26,055 bases of DNA from the IMG/VR virus record IMGVR_UViG_3300020355_000011, positions 1 to 26,055 of that record. One strand, 5' to 3'. Within the stretch, counting starts at the first letter, position 1. Every line of letters starts with the position of its first letter. Position numbers and translations under genes: made by a program. Source of the DNA: a virus (Duplodnaviria; Caudoviricetes). Shown in pieces: positions 1 through 9,013 of this stretch. Under the pieces are notes generated by a model that made no database searches, was not told where the DNA came from, and saw nothing but the letters and a program-made list of their open reading frames with translations.

Positions 1-18
1 ACATAATCCATCAAGGGA

Positions 19-708
19 TTATATCATACGCTTGGGTCGTTTCCTTTTAATAGTTGGAAATATTGTACGAATATTTCTATGAAAATTAATACTAGCAGTG
101 GTGTATGACATAAATTTTAAAATTTTTTCTGTAGGTTCTATTTCATTTAAATTTATAGGTTTATTAAAAAATATTGTATTACTTGGTTTATCTCTAACTA
201 AATTAATTGTTGCAGGTTTATTTATATTATCTTGCACCCATGAAAGATTTATAGGTCTTAACCAAGCATATGGATAAAAAGAACCTATGACAGCAGAACA
301 ATTAATTTTATCTACATTATCTAAAGGATTCATCAAAGTCATTTCTAAATCTTTATCATCAGTTACAAATATCATACTTATAGTTTGTTGTAGTACAGCT
401 CTGCCATCATCTGAAGCTCTTACACTTAACATGTTACCCATTAACTCATGCATATCAGATGATGTACTATGAACTTTTTCATCAAGCATATAGTTGTAAT
501 AAGGACCTTCTTTATTAATTCCAAATTCTATTTCAACACTTAATATGCTAGGTAGAGTAAAAAGTCTATTGTTTAATCCACCTATAGATGGACAACCATA
601 AACATTTTTATTTATCTTTTGTAACTCTTGCTGTAAAGATGGATGCATAAAATCATTAGGTATATAAAAATAACCTACCTTTGTTTTTTTTAATTTGGGA
701 TAAACCAT
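19..708 (-). CDS. Hypothetical protein; divergent member of the DUF6065/dUTPase-fold-like phage paralogue array
   Basis: 229 aa; GCPS...LFTLPS and GSFYPYAWLRPINL segments; size and early CP motif match the three upstream ORFs; TAATG overlap at 708. Confidence 0.55.
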   Translation of the reverse strand: MVYPKLKKTKVGYFYIPNDFMHPSLQQELQKINKNVYGCPSIGGLNNRLFTLPSILSVEIEFGINKEGPYYNYMLDEKVHSTSSDMHELMGNMLSVRASDDGRAVLQQTISMIFVTDDKDLEMTLMNPLDNVDKINCSAVIGSFYPYAWLRPINLSWVQDNINKPATINLVRDKPSNTIFFNKPINLNEIEPTEKILKFMSYTTASINFHRNIRTIFPTIKRKRPKRMI

Positions 709-1424
709 TATTTAAATTTTTTCTTAGACCAACTTGTATCACGATAGTGATTTTGCATAGTAGCATTAAATCCATTTTCAGCTAATATATCTAGTTCTCC
801 ATCTGCAAGATAGTCTGTTTCCATGGACCAATTTTCTCTTTTATAAGGTATGATTTGTGCAAGTGGTGTGCCTTTAGTTATTATTCCTGTAAAATTTTCT
901 TTTAACCACATAGGAAAATGAAAGTTTAATACTTGTTTATCTGTATCTACTATCGCAGGTATCATTCTAAGTGGTGTATCATGCCAACCAAAAGGTTGTG
1001 TAATTAAACAACTGTAGCCTTTAGGAGTTTTTATTATTGTATTCCATATGTAATTTACAACTTGACTGTTATATCCAGTAGGTGGTTCTATTATATTCGT
1101 GCTTGTATTGTGTATTGTAAATAACAGCTCATCACTATTCCATTGCAAATCAAAAACATTATCTTTGTTGTGTTGAACTATCATGTCTTTGCGTAGCTCT
1201 ACAATGTAACCTGATTTCATAGTATCAATAAAAGGTAAACATTTTTTAAAGGTCATGTTTTTACCCTCATCTGTCATCATAAGTTTCTTATCAGGCGTAC
1301 CATTACTCATATACACAGGAGATAAAGAATACCAACTAGGTTTATATGAATACGCAGGTTTGGGTGGTGGTTGTATTTTAGAATATCTTTTATTTACAGC
1401 TACAAACTTAATCTTTTTTGGCAT
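708..1424 (-). CDS. DUF6065-like (dUTPase-like fold) phage protein
   Basis: Motifs KPSWY, TFKKCLPFIDTMKSGY, TPKGYSCLITQP, IVDTD, KGTPLAQIIPYKRE. Start moved from 1469 to ATG 1424 (MPKKIKF, AGGA upstream, aligns with paralogue N-termini, shorter overlap). Confidence 0.7.
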   Translation of the reverse strand: MPKKIKFVAVNKRYSKIQPPPKPAYSYKPSWYSLSPVYMSNGTPDKKLMMTDEGKNMTFKKCLPFIDTMKSGYIVELRKDMIVQHNKDNVFDLQWNSDELLFTIHNTSTNIIEPPTGYNSQVVNYIWNTIIKTPKGYSCLITQPFGWHDTPLRMIPAIVDTDKQVLNFHFPMWLKENFTGIITKGTPLAQIIPYKRENWSMETDYLADGELDILAENGFNATMQNHYRDTSWSKKKFK

Positions 1425-2127
1425 TACGTTTCCTAAAAAGTTTTCTGTATCCATTTCTAAATGTACCAAGATTATTTACATAACCTCTAGCAGATAACTC
1501 TTCATCCCACTCTTGTAATATTAAATTGTACTCTTCTCTTTTATATGGAACTATATAACACAATGGTTCACCTTGTGCAATAAACACATCTTTCACACCA
1601 TTCTTTAACATAATTTGTGGATTAATTAAATGATATTGGTCAGTGTGTATTATTCCGTATGCTACTTCCCAATTAGGATTAGCATGCCACAACATAGGTA
1701 TTTGCATAATTGAGTAGCCATCAGGTGTAATACATTCCCAAGTATTATCTAGTTTAAATACAAAATCAAAATTAGAATCACCATAATCAAGTAGTTGGTC
1801 ACGACTATGTATAACTATCTCTATACCAGGTATACCTGTTTCAAATCTCCAATCACCATTATCTTTGTTATACATTAGTTGTAAATCGCAAGGTGCAGGT
1901 ATTACATATCCAGTGTTAAATACATCTACAAAAGATGGACATAACTTTGCTGTTCTTGTTTCACTATTAGGACCAGTATGTTTATATGGGTCTAGTGGAT
2001 TATGTTCTATATCTGCAGCAACAGGTGTATTCTTCCATATGTCAGGTATAAAATTTTTAGCAGGTTGTACAGTTACTTCTGAATGTAGTAATCCTTTTAC
2101 AGGTGTTTGAAATTTTATATCTATCAT
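1408..2127 (-). CDS. DUF6065-like (dUTPase-like fold) phage protein
   Basis: 239 aa; QPAKNFIPD, RTAKLCPSFVDVFNTGYVIPAPCD, TPDGYS, IIHTD, GEPLCYIVPYKRE; ATGA overlap with the upstream gene. Confidence 0.7.
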   Translation of the reverse strand: MIDIKFQTPVKGLLHSEVTVQPAKNFIPDIWKNTPVAADIEHNPLDPYKHTGPNSETRTAKLCPSFVDVFNTGYVIPAPCDLQLMYNKDNGDWRFETGIPGIEIVIHSRDQLLDYGDSNFDFVFKLDNTWECITPDGYSIMQIPMLWHANPNWEVAYGIIHTDQYHLINPQIMLKNGVKDVFIAQGEPLCYIVPYKREEYNLILQEWDEELSARGYVNNLGTFRNGYRKLFRKRNAKKD

Positions 2128-2816
2128 TTGTTAAATCTTCTATAACCATTTTTAAATTTAGATAATGCTCTATGCATACTGCCTTCTATCTGTGGTTTAT
2201 ACTTATCATAGTTATTATCTATAACTAATTTAGAATCTTCTCTTTTAAATGGCACATAGTAACATAAAGGTTCTCCTGCTTTTATAAGAACTTCTTTATC
2301 TTCACTTGTATAACAAATTTGTAAGTTTATTTCATTAACAACATCTGCTTTTAAAACACCATAAGCTACATGCCAATCAGGATTGTAATCATAAAATAAT
2401 GGTATTTGTCTTACACTATAACCTTTAGGTAGAATTATTCTCCAGGGATAATTTAATTTAAATATTTGTTTTACTACAGGATTAGGTAAATAATTATGTA
2501 ACTGTCCTTGTCCGTGCATTTCTAAACCAAATGCTGAATTAGATGTCTTCCACATCCAATCATCTACTTTATCTCCAGGAACACTTAGCCATATATCACA
2601 AGGTGCAGGTAAAACAAATCCTTCAGTAAATATATCTGAAAAATTAGGACATAGTTTTGCTGTTCTAAAGTTAGGTATTTTTTTGTAATCTGTATCATAC
2701 TGTACATCTGAAGGCATTTTTTTATACCAATCAGGCATAAAGTTTTTAGCAGGTTGTGGTTGAAATTCTTTTATGTCTCTGTGTCCTACGACATCAGATG
2801 TGAATATTGTTTTCAT
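2124..2816 (-). CDS. DUF6065-like (dUTPase-like fold) phage protein
   Basis: 230 aa; QPAKNFMPDWY, RTAKLCPNFSDIFTEGFVLPAPCD, LPKGYS, GEPLCYYVPFKRE; AGGTGGAG SD-like sequence upstream. Confidence 0.7.
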   Translation of the reverse strand: MKTIFTSDVVGHRDIKEFQPQPAKNFMPDWYKKMPSDVQYDTDYKKIPNFRTAKLCPNFSDIFTEGFVLPAPCDIWLSVPGDKVDDWMWKTSNSAFGLEMHGQGQLHNYLPNPVVKQIFKLNYPWRIILPKGYSVRQIPLFYDYNPDWHVAYGVLKADVVNEINLQICYTSEDKEVLIKAGEPLCYYVPFKREDSKLVIDNNYDKYKPQIEGSMHRALSKFKNGYRRFNK

Positions 2817-2832
2817 TCTCCACCTATATTAG

Positions 2833-3330
2833 TTAATCGCCTAAATTTTGTCCTTGTAATGCATCTTCATCAGCTTGTGTCCATTGAACAAATTCCCAAC
2901 CTGTTGTATTATCAGCTTGATATGCTTCTTCATTCCATCTATGTATCCATATTTCATCAGCAGGTTTACTTGTAACGTAGTCAGGTTGTGCTGCTTCATC
3001 ATTTGGGTCTATGTCTGCTAATGGATGAGGTAATGGAGCTACATATTCGTTTTTAGTATCATCCCAAGTCCAACTATCAAAAGGTTTTGGTTCTTGAAAT
3101 TTGTCAAGACTGCTATCATAAGTACCGCCAATGTGTGCAAAAGCACCTCTAATGTTATCATTGTAAGATGTTTGTACCCATGTTCCTTCTAGTTTTAAAA
3201 CATCAGCAATAAAGTCTAAGCCAAGTTGTTCTGTATCTGTACCTGTATTTTCAGGGTCTGTAATTTCATTTCCAACAACAATAACTTGTTCTACTATGTT
3301 GTCATCTCCTATTTTTGCAAAGTGTGCCAT
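2833..3330 (-). CDS. Tail-fibre-associated protein (MAHFA...WxQTSYN family; possible assembly chaperone)
   Basis: 165 aa; MAHFAKI...VIVV...WVQTSYN...AHIGGTYD...PKPFDSWTWD pattern, familiar downstream of glycine-rich proteins in aquatic phages; TAATG-coupled to the Gly-rich gene. Confidence 0.6.
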   Translation of the reverse strand: MAHFAKIGDDNIVEQVIVVGNEITDPENTGTDTEQLGLDFIADVLKLEGTWVQTSYNDNIRGAFAHIGGTYDSSLDKFQEPKPFDSWTWDDTKNEYVAPLPHPLADIDPNDEAAQPDYVTSKPADEIWIHRWNEEAYQADNTTGWEFVQWTQADEDALQGQNLGD

Positions 3331-4226
3331 TAGTATGTAATCGTTCCTGAACCAGTAAATGTATATATCTGATTTCCACCGCTTGTTGATGCAGTTACTG
3401 AACCTGATGTTGCTGTGGCTACAGATGTGCTGCTAAGAATAACTACTCCTGAACCACCTCCACCACCGTTAAAAGTTTGTCCGTGGTTTCCGTGACCTCC
3501 GCCACCGCCTCCGCCACCTTTGTTTCCAGAGCCGCCTCCACCGCCTCCACCTTTACCTCCAGAGCCTCCGCCACCAGAGCCTCCACCGCCACCGTGTTGT
3601 TCTCCTCCTGCATAGATACGATAGTAAGCACCGCCACCACCGCCTCCTGCACGAGTTACAGCAGAGCCAGTAATAGATGATGAAGCACCTGAACCACCTG
3701 CTCCTCTGTTTTGACCTGAAGCATTACCACCAGTGCCACCTGCACCTCCTCCACCTGAGTTACCTCCGCTATTTCCTTCAGCAGGAGAGTAACCTCCACC
3801 ATTGCCTGCTTTGCTAGAGCCACCGCCTGAACCACCTACAGCAGCAGAACCGCCACCACCTGTGGAGTTTATTAAAATATTTCCTGAAGTTGTTTCTGCA
3901 ATTCTTGAAAAACCACCATTGCCACCAGTTGTACCATGACCTGCACCCTTACCGCCTTGACCACCACCACCAACTGTAATTGTGTATTCTACACCAGTAA
4001 GTAAACCTACTGTTCCTGTTCTATATCCACCTGCTCCACCACCACTAGCAGTAGAACCTCCACCGCCTCCACCACCACCTATACAAAGAAACTCAACTGA
4101 TGCTTTACCACCCCAGTTGCTATCTTCTGTTAGGTTAGTGATATCTTCTAATGAGAATACACCTTGAAGTGCAGCAGTATCATCTGCTACATTTCCTATA
4201 AATCCGTATTTTTTTCTTTCTACCAT
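3330..4226 (-). CDS. Glycine-rich (polyglycine) virion protein, probable receptor-binding/adhesin
   Basis: 298 aa; VEFLCIGGGGGGG...GGGAGGY, YTITVGGGG, RAGGGGGG, GGSGVVIL, YTFTGSGTITY; AAGGAG SD. Confidence 0.75.
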   Translation of the reverse strand: MVERKKYGFIGNVADDTAALQGVFSLEDITNLTEDSNWGGKASVEFLCIGGGGGGGGSTASGGGAGGYRTGTVGLLTGVEYTITVGGGGQGGKGAGHGTTGGNGGFSRIAETTSGNILINSTGGGGSAAVGGSGGGSSKAGNGGGYSPAEGNSGGNSGGGGAGGTGGNASGQNRGAGGSGASSSITGSAVTRAGGGGGGAYYRIYAGGEQHGGGGGSGGGGSGGKGGGGGGGSGNKGGGGGGGGHGNHGQTFNGGGGGSGVVILSSTSVATATSGSVTASTSGGNQIYTFTGSGTITY

Positions 4227-4244
4227 TTAAAAAAAACTCCTTGT

Positions 4245-4571
4245 TTAGACGTCTATTTCAAGAACGCTGAGTGTCATTTCTAAATCTGATGCTGCACCTG
4301 CCCATGCTCTAAGTTCATCAGCAGCTTCTAGTACTAGTTTTCCTCCAATAGGATTTATTGCAGTTTTTGCTGGTACTGATAATGCTGATACTAGAGCTGC
4401 GACAACTGAACCATCATTCATGTCAACGTTTAAATCTGCAGCATTTGTACCGTCTACGTTAGCAACTTGACAATGGATAACCACTGCAATCTTACTAGCA
4501 GGACAAGTATAAACTACTGCATCAGCACTAGAACCTAATGCTGTATTGACTGTTTGAAACGCTTCTGCCAT
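4245..4571 (-). CDS. Small beta-rich virion/fibre-associated protein
   Basis: 108 aa; VYTCPA...VANVDG...KLVLEAADEL...LSVLEI pattern typical of small tail-region proteins; GGAG SD. Confidence 0.6.
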   Translation of the reverse strand: MAEAFQTVNTALGSSADAVVYTCPASKIAVVIHCQVANVDGTNAADLNVDMNDGSVVAALVSALSVPAKTAINPIGGKLVLEAADELRAWAGAASDLEMTLSVLEIDV

Positions 4572-4597
4572 AATTTATCTCCAATATAATTAATTAA

Positions 4598-4801
4598 TTA
4601 ACTATCTCCCAATACTATAGCACGACTTTGTGTTGCAGTCACGCTTGTAACTGAAAGACCTTCATAGGTTAATCTTAGTGCAAGACTTATTCCTGCACCT
4701 CCACTATCAGGTAATAAATCTATATCATCATCAATAGCTTGATTACCAATAGTATCTATGAGTAAACTTCCACCTTCTTTAAGCATCATAAGCATACTCA
4801 T
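4598..4801 (-). CDS. Small hypothetical tail-region protein
   Basis: 67 aa; fills the gap between neighbours; GGAGG SD in the upstream gene end; ends AIVLGDS. Confidence 0.55.
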   Translation of the reverse strand: MSMLMMLKEGGSLLIDTIGNQAIDDDIDLLPDSGGAGISLALRLTYEGLSVTSVTATQSRAIVLGDS

Positions 4802-4802
4802 A

Positions 4803-5699
4803 TTATCCTCCTAATGCCAAGACTGTTCCTATTGTTGTACCTGCACTTGGGTACAATGTTATCTCACCTTGTCCACCCATACCTGAGTGAATAGAACAAT
4901 AGTAATACAATTTGGTGACAGCTCCTGCTATGCCTAATGTCTCAGGAGTTATTTCTATTTGTGCATATGCACCTGTGCTTCCTGGACTATTGACTGTAGT
5001 AACATTTGTAGTAAATTCTGAACCACCATTATGAGAGCCATCCCTTGTTGTAGAAAATTTAAAATTGTGTCCTGATAAAGATGAATCAGATAAATCAAAT
5101 TTATATTTAAAACCTACTTTTAATATAAAATTAGTTGACCTTGTTCCTGCACCACTATCAGTTCCTGATAAAAAGTAAAAAACATTTTGTGAACCTGAGC
5201 CATCATCTGCTACTTTTACTGATATTTCAATAGTTTGTGATGATGTTCCTGCTGTTATGCCATCTATTTGTGCTTGAATATTAGAACTTGCATTATTTAA
5301 AGTTTGAAACTCTGTATTGCTTATGCTTCCATCACCAATAATTGTTGCAGCTATTGATGTAGGACCTGCATCAATTCTATCGTGAATATCTTCAAACATT
5401 TCTTTTACAACTGCCATACGTACTACAGTTCCATCTGCATGTGTAGGGTCAGATGTATGTCTACCTTCTACATCTCTAGTTACTGCAGATAAAGTTGTAC
5501 CTGATGCACCAGTTACTAATATAACTTCTCTATTTGATGCACTGTCAGGGTCTAATACTAGATAATATGGTGCTGCAATATTTGATGTACCATTTGATGT
5601 AGGTGCAGCAGTCAAAGTTGCTGATGTACTACCTGATGCTAATACACCACTTAAAGTTGTTTCAAAAAAGTTTGCAAATTTTACTTCTTGTGCAGTCAC
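4803..5699 (-). CDS. Tail fibre/appendage protein with C-terminal cupredoxin-like domain
   Basis: 298 aa, Thr/Ser/Gly-rich; GTG start with GGAG SD; C-terminal YKFDLSDSSLSGHNFKFST...LYYYCSIHSGMGG. Confidence 0.7.
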   Translation of the reverse strand: MTAQEVKFANFFETTLSGVLASGSTSATLTAAPTSNGTSNIAAPYYLVLDPDSASNREVILVTGASGTTLSAVTRDVEGRHTSDPTHADGTVVRMAVVKEMFEDIHDRIDAGPTSIAATIIGDGSISNTEFQTLNNASSNIQAQIDGITAGTSSQTIEISVKVADDGSGSQNVFYFLSGTDSGAGTRSTNFILKVGFKYKFDLSDSSLSGHNFKFSTTRDGSHNGGSEFTTNVTTVNSPGSTGAYAQIEITPETLGIAGAVTKLYYYCSIHSGMGGQGEITLYPSAGTTIGTVLALGG

Positions 5700-7634
5700 T
5701 TAAGCTCCAAATTTCATAAATCCTAATGCGTTGATACCAAACACTTCTGCAGAAGTTACATCAGTAACAACATTCTGTCTCGTTCCACGCACTGTAAGTA
5801 TAGCATATTGAACTACACTTCCTACTTCTGAATTAGATTGTATAGGATAACTTATACTTTCTACAACACCTCTAATAATTTCATTAGGGTCAAAGATTTC
5901 AAGGGTAACAGCATCACCTTCTTTATCTCTTAATGCATTGTACAAAGTATCTCCTAAACCTTTAACTTTAATTGGTTTTCTATTTGGTCTATTTACTCTG
6001 TCTGATATATTTATTGGTATTCTTGCTACAACTAATTCTGGTCTTGCTAATGCTCGAAACTGTACAGATTTTACTTTAGGTGTATTAGCAGTGTTAGAAG
6101 TTTTTAAAGTTATCTTACCTACTAAATATCTTGATACTTTTTCAATCTGAACTTCGTTGTCACCAGTACCTGTAGTTTGTGTTATAACATTATCAAAAGA
6201 ACTATCTCCTGAGTTGTTTAATGATTCAAATTTTGTAGATACATCTATTTCAACACTTGTACCAGCAGTTAACAATTCTGTTGATACTTCTGCACCAACA
6301 AACTGTTTATTTTCTGCTGTAAAGAAATCTACTGCAGGTAACAATAAAAAACCTTCAGATTCAAATACAGATGTTTGTGCAAATAAACCTGAGCCAGAAA
6401 CTATAAAAGAAAACTTTTCATTTAATTTACATATTCCTGTAACTAATCCACCTGCTGCAGCTTTATAATATCTAGCAATACCAGCAGAAGGTAAATAGTA
6501 TCTCCATAAAAAACTTGTTGAAGCAGATTCTTTTATACCTGTGTAAACAGAATCTCTTGTTGCATATATCTTTTTTGGTGATGCATCTATCCCATCAATA
6601 TCCCACTCTTTTATTAATTGATTATCCCCAAGAACATATAAGTCATCTGCTGTTTGTAAATTTGCTCTATATAATCTACCTATTTTTTTGGCTGTAGTTT
6701 GGTCTTCTCTAGTTCCATAAAATACAATTCCATTTGATTCTGCAATACAAGTAGGAATTTCATTAGTAATTTCTGTTTGTCCTTTTAGTGTAAAAGAGCC
6801 AGATACATCTTTAAAAGAATATATTCTTCCATCTGTAGCTGTAGCTAATACAACAGCACCAGCATCAACTACATCTGTCCAAGTTTCACCAGATGCTAAA
6901 GTAACTAATACTGAACTTACAGTTGTAGCACCATCATATTCATAAATGCCTGTACCTGCAGATACTAAAAACTTTCCTTTAACTGACCATATACCATCAA
7001 ATTGATGTGCTGTTGACTTTTGTGTAGAAGTACCTGAAGAATTTAACGTTTCTATTTCTCCTGCAGAAGAACCGTTATTAGCAACCATATACAATAAATC
7101 TCCATGTGCAGCCATACCTTTAATTTGTTGACCACCAGTAATTCCATGAGATTGTACTGAATAGGTTTCACCACCATCATCTGATTTATATAATGTTGCA
7201 TCATCTGAAACGTATATAGTAGTTCCTACTTGTGCAAGATAATTATCAGCATCACTTGATGAAAGACTTCTTAAATTTGTAGTTGTGTTTAGTAATGATA
7301 TATTGTAAGAATTACCTAAGTCTTTTCCAAATACATCAACACCTGAACTATCCCAAAATCTTATTGTATCTTTTTCTGTACCGTCTCTTCTATGAGCGCT
7401 ATCTAAATTAGAACCACCACTAAAATCATTTCTTGAAAATACTCTACCTAAGTTTGATGTAAAGTCTTCTGCATTTTGTTTTACATTAACTTGCCCACCT
7501 TCAACATCTGATGATTGTATAGTCATATCTCTACCTGGACCAATAGCTGCTCTTAGTAAGATATCATCAAGTTTTATATCATATCCATATCTTTTAGGAT
7601 TACTTATGTTTATTGAAGTTGCTACTCTAGGCAT
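5700..7634 (-). CDS. Probable tail nozzle / tail tubular protein B-like beta-propeller
   Basis: 644 aa of repeated short beta strands, an Asp-box-like SDDGGETY, DFSGG motif near the N-terminus; lies between adaptor and fibre. Function inferred from size, composition and position. Confidence 0.55.
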   Translation of the reverse strand: MPRVATSINISNPKRYGYDIKLDDILLRAAIGPGRDMTIQSSDVEGGQVNVKQNAEDFTSNLGRVFSRNDFSGGSNLDSAHRRDGTEKDTIRFWDSSGVDVFGKDLGNSYNISLLNTTTNLRSLSSSDADNYLAQVGTTIYVSDDATLYKSDDGGETYSVQSHGITGGQQIKGMAAHGDLLYMVANNGSSAGEIETLNSSGTSTQKSTAHQFDGIWSVKGKFLVSAGTGIYEYDGATTVSSVLVTLASGETWTDVVDAGAVVLATATDGRIYSFKDVSGSFTLKGQTEITNEIPTCIAESNGIVFYGTREDQTTAKKIGRLYRANLQTADDLYVLGDNQLIKEWDIDGIDASPKKIYATRDSVYTGIKESASTSFLWRYYLPSAGIARYYKAAAGGLVTGICKLNEKFSFIVSGSGLFAQTSVFESEGFLLLPAVDFFTAENKQFVGAEVSTELLTAGTSVEIDVSTKFESLNNSGDSSFDNVITQTTGTGDNEVQIEKVSRYLVGKITLKTSNTANTPKVKSVQFRALARPELVVARIPINISDRVNRPNRKPIKVKGLGDTLYNALRDKEGDAVTLEIFDPNEIIRGVVESISYPIQSNSEVGSVVQYAILTVRGTRQNVVTDVTSAEVFGINALGFMKFGA

Positions 7635-8616
7635 AAGTTATTTTATTAAGAGCAACTGGTTCTGGATATCTAGCTCTTAAATCTTTCCTTGCTTGTTCTA
7701 TTAAATCACTTTGATATCTTAATAATGATGTTCTTATGTTTGATGCAGAGTTTACAGGAAAAGTAGATGTAGCAAGTTGGTCAGAAATATAATCAGCAGT
7801 TGCTGTTGGAATATCACGACCTGCAATAAGTTGTGCTGCAACACCTGCCATAATGATAGGCTCATATTCGTTTTCTAAACCTACTGTTGCAAGTGTATCT
7901 GCCTCTGCAGTTGGCTCTATAAATTTCTTTTTAAAAGTAACAAAAACAGTATGTCCAGATGAAACTCCATATACTTGCAAAGCATTTACTTTATTAGGTC
8001 CATTATTACTATATGTAATTGTTTGAGAAACACCATCAGAATCTCTATAAGTAAATGGGTTAGGTAAATCTACTAGTTCTACAGCCACACCTTGATAAAC
8101 TATTCCTGTCTCATCAGAACCTGCAGCAAAGTCTGTCATTTGTGATATAGCACTTATAGGTGCAACTATATAATTATCATTAGCTCCATCCATAGGAATA
8201 TATCCTGTTTTAGCAGTAACTGATTTAGTTTCTACTGCGAATAATGTAGGATATAAATTTTTTATTTGGTCACACACAGCATCAAAAACATTTTTTCTAG
8301 GAAAAGGTGGAGATATTTTTATTAAATCACCTGCTGTATGTGCTGTTGCTGTTGTTCCTTTCATTCCTCTTTTTACAGTTATTGTATTTGTAACAGCATT
8401 TAAATCAGTACATATCATAAGTTCCTGATTTATTTCTATTATTGTGCCTTTATCTAAAGCATCTTCTTCTTCAACAGATAACAAGTCTCCATCAAATACA
8501 ATACTTGTAATTGAATCATTTACTCCTGTGGATAATGTTGTATAACTTACTAAATCATCCATAGGTTCAAGATACTCTCTAAAGGTTCTATCTACGAGAT
8601 TACCAATATTAGCCAT
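7627..8616 (-). CDS. Probable head-tail adaptor / tail tubular protein A-like
   Basis: 329 aa; helical N- and C-termini (YEPIIMAGVAAQL) around a beta core; second gene after capsid; AGGAG SD. Confidence 0.55.
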   Translation of the reverse strand: MANIGNLVDRTFREYLEPMDDLVSYTTLSTGVNDSITSIVFDGDLLSVEEEDALDKGTIIEINQELMICTDLNAVTNTITVKRGMKGTTATAHTAGDLIKISPPFPRKNVFDAVCDQIKNLYPTLFAVETKSVTAKTGYIPMDGANDNYIVAPISAISQMTDFAAGSDETGIVYQGVAVELVDLPNPFTYRDSDGVSQTITYSNNGPNKVNALQVYGVSSGHTVFVTFKKKFIEPTAEADTLATVGLENEYEPIIMAGVAAQLIAGRDIPTATADYISDQLATSTFPVNSASNIRTSLLRYQSDLIEQARKDLRARYPEPVALNKITYA

Positions 8617-8624
8617 TGGTTCTC

Positions 8625-8957
8625 CTAACTATGTCTGAAATGTAGAATTATTTGTCTGTCTGCAGCTTCATTACCGTCAGATGTAACTCTTAAAAATCCA
8701 TTACTTGCAAAAGCAAAACCACTTGGGTCAAGCCTAACTAAATCACCTGTTGAGACAGTTACTGAAGTCTCTGTTCCATCTGTTTCTTTGACATCCACAT
8801 AAGCTAAATTGTCAAAAGAAAAATCAAATGTAATGTTTGAACCTGTCATTGCTGCAGGAAATTGAACACCACAAAGTAACATTCCGTCAGTTGATACTCC
8901 TAATGAATTACTATTATCTGATGATATATCTATTAATGCTAATTTTGATTTAATCAT
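8625..8957 (-). CDS. Small virion protein (possible capsid decoration)
   Basis: 110 aa, all-beta; LCGVQFPAAMTGSNITFDFSFD; directly follows the major capsid gene; GAGG SD. Confidence 0.5.
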   Translation of the reverse strand: MIKSKLALIDISSDNSNSLGVSTDGMLLCGVQFPAAMTGSNITFDFSFDNLAYVDVKETDGTETSVTVSTGDLVRLDPSGFAFASNGFLRVTSDGNEAADRQIILHFRHS

Positions 8958-8966
8958 ATCTTCCTC

Positions 8967-8975
8967 ACTATAGCA
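8967..8975 (-). promoter_or_regulatory. Possible extended -10 element (TGCTATAGT)
   Basis: 8/9 identical to TGCTATACT at 10815-10823; no -35 visible; only 9 nt from the next ATG. Confidence 0.3.
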
Positions 8976-9013
8976 GAAGAAAAGGGTGGAGGTGGAGTTC
9001 CACCCTAATCTTC
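8975..9013 (-). terminator. Intrinsic terminator-like hairpin after the major capsid gene
   Basis: AGGGTGGA (9006-8999) pairs with TCCACCCT (8990-8983), 8-nt loop, followed by TTTCTTCT; outer GAAGA/TCTTC pair also possible. Confidence 0.7.

Noticed and set aside
3450-4080. CCACCG/CCTCCA repeats as CRISPR, DGR or tandem repeat element
   Set aside because: Explained by glycine codons; no constant repeat-spacer period, no template/variable repeat pair, no reverse transcriptase in the window
4586-4601. TAATTAATTAATTA palindromic run
   Set aside because: Low-complexity AT sequence including the stop codon; not seen in other intergenic gaps
5697-5702. In-frame TAA-GTG junction between nozzle and fibre suggesting stop readthrough
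   Set aside because: A GGAG SD sits 5 nt before the GTG, so ordinary reinitiation explains it
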